A DNA stretch of 64,000 nucleotides from Halobacteriovorax sp. (GTDB lineage Bacteria > Bdellovibrionota > Bacteriovoracia > Bacteriovoracales > Bacteriovoracaceae), in the NCBI GenBank assembly GCA_002720865.1, contig PBIO01000025.1:17-64016 (forward strand). The letters run 5' to 3'. Below, in pieces: positions 61,164 to 64,000 of the stretch. The notes beneath the pieces were generated by a model. That model had not been told where the DNA came from. It searched no databases and was given only the letters and a program-made list of their open reading frames with translations. Both the position numbers and the translations under genes were made by a program. Positions within the stretch are counted from its first letter, which is position 1. The number at the start of each line of letters is the position of its first letter.

Positions 61164-61441
61164 AGTCTTATCCCCAGGTTCCGAGCGATTCTTTCAAGCA
61201 TTCCCTCAAGTTCCTCCGAAGCATCCATTAAATCATAGTCATCGGTACCATATGCTTCTTGCAGTTTATCAGCAAACTCAAACATTGCATTTAAAAAGCC
61301 CTTTGTCCCATCATGTAATCTCCAGTAATCCTCACCTGATACTGCCATGGACTCATTTTGAAGTGAGGCTCTCTCTTTTTTACGGTCGCTTGATATTTCT
61401 TCCTTGATGATTCTTTTCAGTTGTCGTTTTGTGATTTTCAT
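61160..61441 (-). CDS. KITKRQL-leader family protein
   Basis: MKITKRQLKRIIKEE; its first 45 nt are identical to the member starting at 59667. Confidence 0.7.
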   Translation of the reverse strand: MKITKRQLKRIIKEEISSDRKKERASLQNESMAVSGEDYWRLHDGTKGFLNAMFEFADKLQEAYGTDDYDLMDASEELEGMLERIARNLGIRL

Positions 61442-61442
61442 T

Positions 61443-61679
61443 TTAAAATCCTCCTGCCCTAATTGTATCTGCTATATCGCGATCTGGTATGCCCATTGCT
61501 CGACAGCGCTCAATGCATGCTGTGAGATCGTCTAACGCCTCGAGTTGATCTAGGCTTCGATTTACATATAACTCTTCATCGACGTCATTGTATTGTTCAC
61601 CATAACGAGGGGCCTCTTTTAGCAATTTAAGCTTCTCTTCCTTAATGATCCGTTTAAGCTGTCTCTTGGTTATTCTCAT
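61443..61679 (-). CDS. KITKRQL-leader family protein
   Basis: start ATG 61679: MRITKRQLKRIIKEE; a longer ORF from 61745 would add a hydrophobic extension. Confidence 0.6.
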   Translation of the reverse strand: MRITKRQLKRIIKEEKLKLLKEAPRYGEQYNDVDEELYVNRSLDQLEALDDLTACIERCRAMGIPDRDIADTIRAGGF

Positions 61680-61818
61680 TCTAACATTGCCCTTTACAGC
61701 TAGTGCAACCGCAACAACCGCAACAGCAACAACAATGACTGTCATTAAATAAATTTGCTAATCTGTGTAATACCTTTTTCATTTTTAATCTCCTTTTATT
61801 GTTGATTGGTAACCTTCA

Positions 61819-62196
61819 TTATACCGGGGTTCCTTCAATTAACCATGTAAATAGATGCCATGGCTCACTTTCATTCCAGTATTCAGAATATCGATCAGCC
61901 CAATCTTCAAAAGCATCAGTAAAATCTTTATTAAGCGCTGCCTTATCTGGTGCGATTGTGCCAGATTCCAGGCCTGATATTACGTCGGTAAATTGGGATA
62001 GATCTCTCTTCATATCATCATACCATGTGGTTGACTTATCTTGTGGATTGATCTGTTCAAACCCATACATCTGATTAACAGTTTCGTGCCAGGTATCAGG
62101 CTCGCGAGGGCCCTGATATGGGTCGTCGACACTATCAAACCACGGGTCAAGTTCTTCTTTGATGATCTGCTTAAGCCGGCTTTTTGTAATCTTCAC
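61819..62196 (-). CDS. KITKRQL-leader family protein
   Basis: GTG 62196 with GGAGGG RBS: (M)KITKSRLKQIIKEE. Confidence 0.65.
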   Translation of the reverse strand: MKITKSRLKQIIKEELDPWFDSVDDPYQGPREPDTWHETVNQMYGFEQINPQDKSTTWYDDMKRDLSQFTDVISGLESGTIAPDKAALNKDFTDAFEDWADRYSEYWNESEPWHLFTWLIEGTPV

Positions 62197-62197
62197 T

Positions 62198-62554
62198 TTA
62201 ATATCCCTCCGGGCGGGCCCATGCAATTATTTCGTCATCCGACATATCTTGTGCCATTACACTCGATGCCTTTGCTGCGGCTACAAATTTCCTTGAGTCT
62301 CTTTTTGCAAGAGAACCTGGTGAGATCGAAATATCCATCTCAGCAAAGTCTCTAAACCCTAATTCATATGCCATATGATCCAGGTCAAGTATTCCGATAT
62401 CCAATGCCTCAGAAAACTCGTACCAATTGGAATCCTTTGGGGGATAGCCATTCACCGGTGATGGTGGGCCGTGCGTACCAGTTCGATACTCATTAACAAT
62501 ATGGGATACTTCTTCCTTGATGATCCGCTTAAGCTGTCTTTTGGTTATTCTCAT
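62198..62554 (-). CDS. KITKRQL-leader family protein
   Basis: start ATG 62554: MRITKRQLKRIIKEE. Confidence 0.7.
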   Translation of the reverse strand: MRITKRQLKRIIKEEVSHIVNEYRTGTHGPPSPVNGYPPKDSNWYEFSEALDIGILDLDHMAYELGFRDFAEMDISISPGSLAKRDSRKFVAAAKASSVMAQDMSDDEIIAWARPEGY

Positions 62555-62555
62555 T

Positions 62556-62975
62556 TTACCATGCTCCTGGTGTACCTTGAGGAAAACTGTATGCCTTACC
62601 ATACTCATCTTGTTCATCGAGGATCATAATAATATCCTCAAATGATCGGAGACCAGGAAGAGTATGATCGTATGCAGGTAAATTAAACAGATTATGGCTT
62701 CGGGCCCAGCGTACAAACTCTGACATATCTGTAGGTTGTGGACTTAATTCATATTCAGGTGTACCATAATTCGGATGTAAAGAAATTGTATAATCATCAA
62801 CCACCTTGCCGGTGTCATCATATACGGTTACAGATGCCGCATCTTCACTCATGCCTCGATAGTTGAGGATGTCATATTCACTGTGCGCGCCGGCTGGAAT
62901 GTTTGACGATTCGTGAAGGAGGCGGGATACTTCTTCTTTAATGAGCCGCTTAAGCTGTCTTTTGGTTATTCTCAC
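62556..62975 (-). CDS. KITKRQL-leader family protein
   Basis: GTG start with GGAGACAACAC RBS: (M)RITKRQLKRLIKEE. Confidence 0.7.
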   Translation of the reverse strand: MRITKRQLKRLIKEEVSRLLHESSNIPAGAHSEYDILNYRGMSEDAASVTVYDDTGKVVDDYTISLHPNYGTPEYELSPQPTDMSEFVRWARSHNLFNLPAYDHTLPGLRSFEDIIMILDEQDEYGKAYSFPQGTPGAW

Positions 62976-62986
62976 CGTGTTGTCTC

Positions 62987-63310
62987 CTATCGATACATAT
63001 CGGGGTTTGATAATACGTCTTCTAACTCAGCAATCTTATCATCGATTGACATCATACCAAACTCAGAATCATTGACTGTAGTAGCACCCATTGCTCTTTC
63101 TGCTTCAAGCGCCTCGATTTGATCTGCCTCGAATCCCGGGGCAGAAAGTATCTTTCGGTCACCTATGATTACACCATCAAATGCTGTACCTGAACTATAA
63201 GTTACATTAACGACATTCTCACGCAGCTTACGCCGGACCTTGGCCTCAGCAATCAGCTTAGCCTTCTCTTCTTTGATTATTCGTTTAAGCTGTCTCTTGG
63301 TTATTCTCAT
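62987..63310 (-). CDS. KITKRQL-leader family protein
   Basis: MRITKRQLKRIIKEEKAKLIAEAKVRR; a recent duplicate of the next member. Confidence 0.7.
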   Translation of the reverse strand: MRITKRQLKRIIKEEKAKLIAEAKVRRKLRENVVNVTYSSGTAFDGVIIGDRKILSAPGFEADQIEALEAERAMGATTVNDSEFGMMSIDDKIAELEDVLSNPDMYR

Positions 63311-63327
63311 CGTGTTGTCTCCTATGA

Positions 63328-63753
63328 CTATTGTATTCTATATACCGCATCTAAAGTTGAGTTGTCAACGTCAACCCAGTCACCACCATCCCACATCATA
63401 TATGCATCTGGGCCGGCGCTATATGGCGAGTTCATATCATCCCACCAGTGAACCAGCGTGCCATTAACAATAAAGAATTCAGATTCTGATAATAGTTGAT
63501 TCTGCGTTGGAACTTCAGTTTCGAAGTCCCCAGGGGAATGATCTGCACCTAATAGCCAATTCAAAAGATTTTTCTCTAACATCATCATGGCATCTGGGAA
63601 CATAGATCTAGCATCTTCTAACGTTACCTGTCTATTGCCCGGGGCATTCTCACATAATTTACGCCTGACCAATCGTCGGACCTTGGTCTCAGCAACCAGC
63701 TTGGCTTTTTCTTCTTTGATGATCCGCTTAAGCTGTCTCTTGGTTATTCTCAC
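63328..63753 (-). CDS. KITKRQL-leader family protein
   Basis: (M)RITKRQLKRIIKEEKAKLVAETKVRR. Confidence 0.7.
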   Translation of the reverse strand: MRITKRQLKRIIKEEKAKLVAETKVRRLVRRKLCENAPGNRQVTLEDARSMFPDAMMMLEKNLLNWLLGADHSPGDFETEVPTQNQLLSESEFFIVNGTLVHWWDDMNSPYSAGPDAYMMWDGGDWVDVDNSTLDAVYRIQ

Positions 63754-63896
63754 CGTGTTGTCTCCTATGACTAATCATATAATAGAGACTCTCACGACAC
63801 CAGCTTATGTGCGATAAATTTTTGGATTGTGTGAGTCTCATTTTATTTTCTCCTCGTGGGCACAGACTTTACAATATCCCACGCTTTTCACTAAGT

Positions 63897-64000
63897 TTAA
63901 AATTCTAATTCAGAGGCCATTTGCTCTTCAGTTCCGATCAGGCCATTTGCTTCTAAGTTTGATATCAAATAAGCTAATGCTTCAGGTTCAAGCCGAACAC
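63897..64000 (-). CDS. hypothetical protein, C-terminal 33 codons (gene enters from the right edge)
   Basis: open frame ...EALAYLISNLEANGLIGTEEQMASELEF ending at TAA 63897-63899. Confidence 0.35.
   Translation of the reverse strand, partial: VRLEPEALAYLISNLEANGLIGTEEQMASELEF

Noticed and set aside
53082-63753. Regularly recurring ~45-nt conserved sequence that might suggest a CRISPR-like or non-coding repeat array
   Set aside because: The repeats are the 5' ends of protein-coding genes, each with an RBS, a start codon and synonymous variation. The spacing is irregular at 0.25-1.4 kb.
63731-63841. 36-codon ORF MRLTQSKNLSHIS... with a GAGGAG RBS upstream of the last leader-family gene
   Set aside because: It matches the leader at only ~5 of 13 positions and overlaps the next gene's start. 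It may be a decayed family member, but there is not enough evidence to call it.

Overview
This window looks like a 64-kb accessory region of a large, AT-rich, tightly packed dsDNA phage-like genome. More than 90% of genes are on the minus strand. Gene junctions are short or overlapping, and Shine-Dalgarno sites are strong. I recognise no virion or core replication genes here.

Recognisable content:
- PIN-PhoH ATPase, an FtsZ/tubulin-like GTPase and a complete one-piece tmRNA.
- An Hc1-like histone and a divergent chaperonin-like protein.
- A YeaH-SpoVR-PrkA trio next to a SpoT-type HD hydrolase and a Nudix hydrolase.
- A HAD / cytidylyltransferase / phosphomannomutase cluster containing an XPD-like helicase and an MT-A70 methylase.
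- Hsp20, a RadA/KaiC-like ATPase, a VWA-metallopeptidase and a MoxR AAA+ ATPase.
- ThyX, GIY-YIG, cupin and ParB-like nuclease-domain proteins.

Most unusual observations:
1. About 21 tandem genes (53-63.8 kb) share a 15-residue N-terminal leader, MKITKRQLRRIIKEE, fused to unrelated bodies.
2. A peptide gene carries a textbook double-glycine leader (LSDEELELVQGG).
3. A ribosomal L7/L12 C-terminal-domain protein has a TGA stop followed by 99 open, start-less codons that run in frame into the next ORF.
4. Roughly 30 small proteins share a KOW-like MKxGDLV N-terminus, and nine of their junctions have an identical 14-nt start/stop overlap.
5. Ten promoters share the form TTCGTG(C/T)AA-N17-TATAAT and are tied to G+C-rich cassettes inside a compositional island at about 26-38 kb.
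6. There is a GGGGGCCC repeat array.
7. There are two candidate non-coding RNAs.

All functional calls rest on motifs read by eye. No database search was possible.
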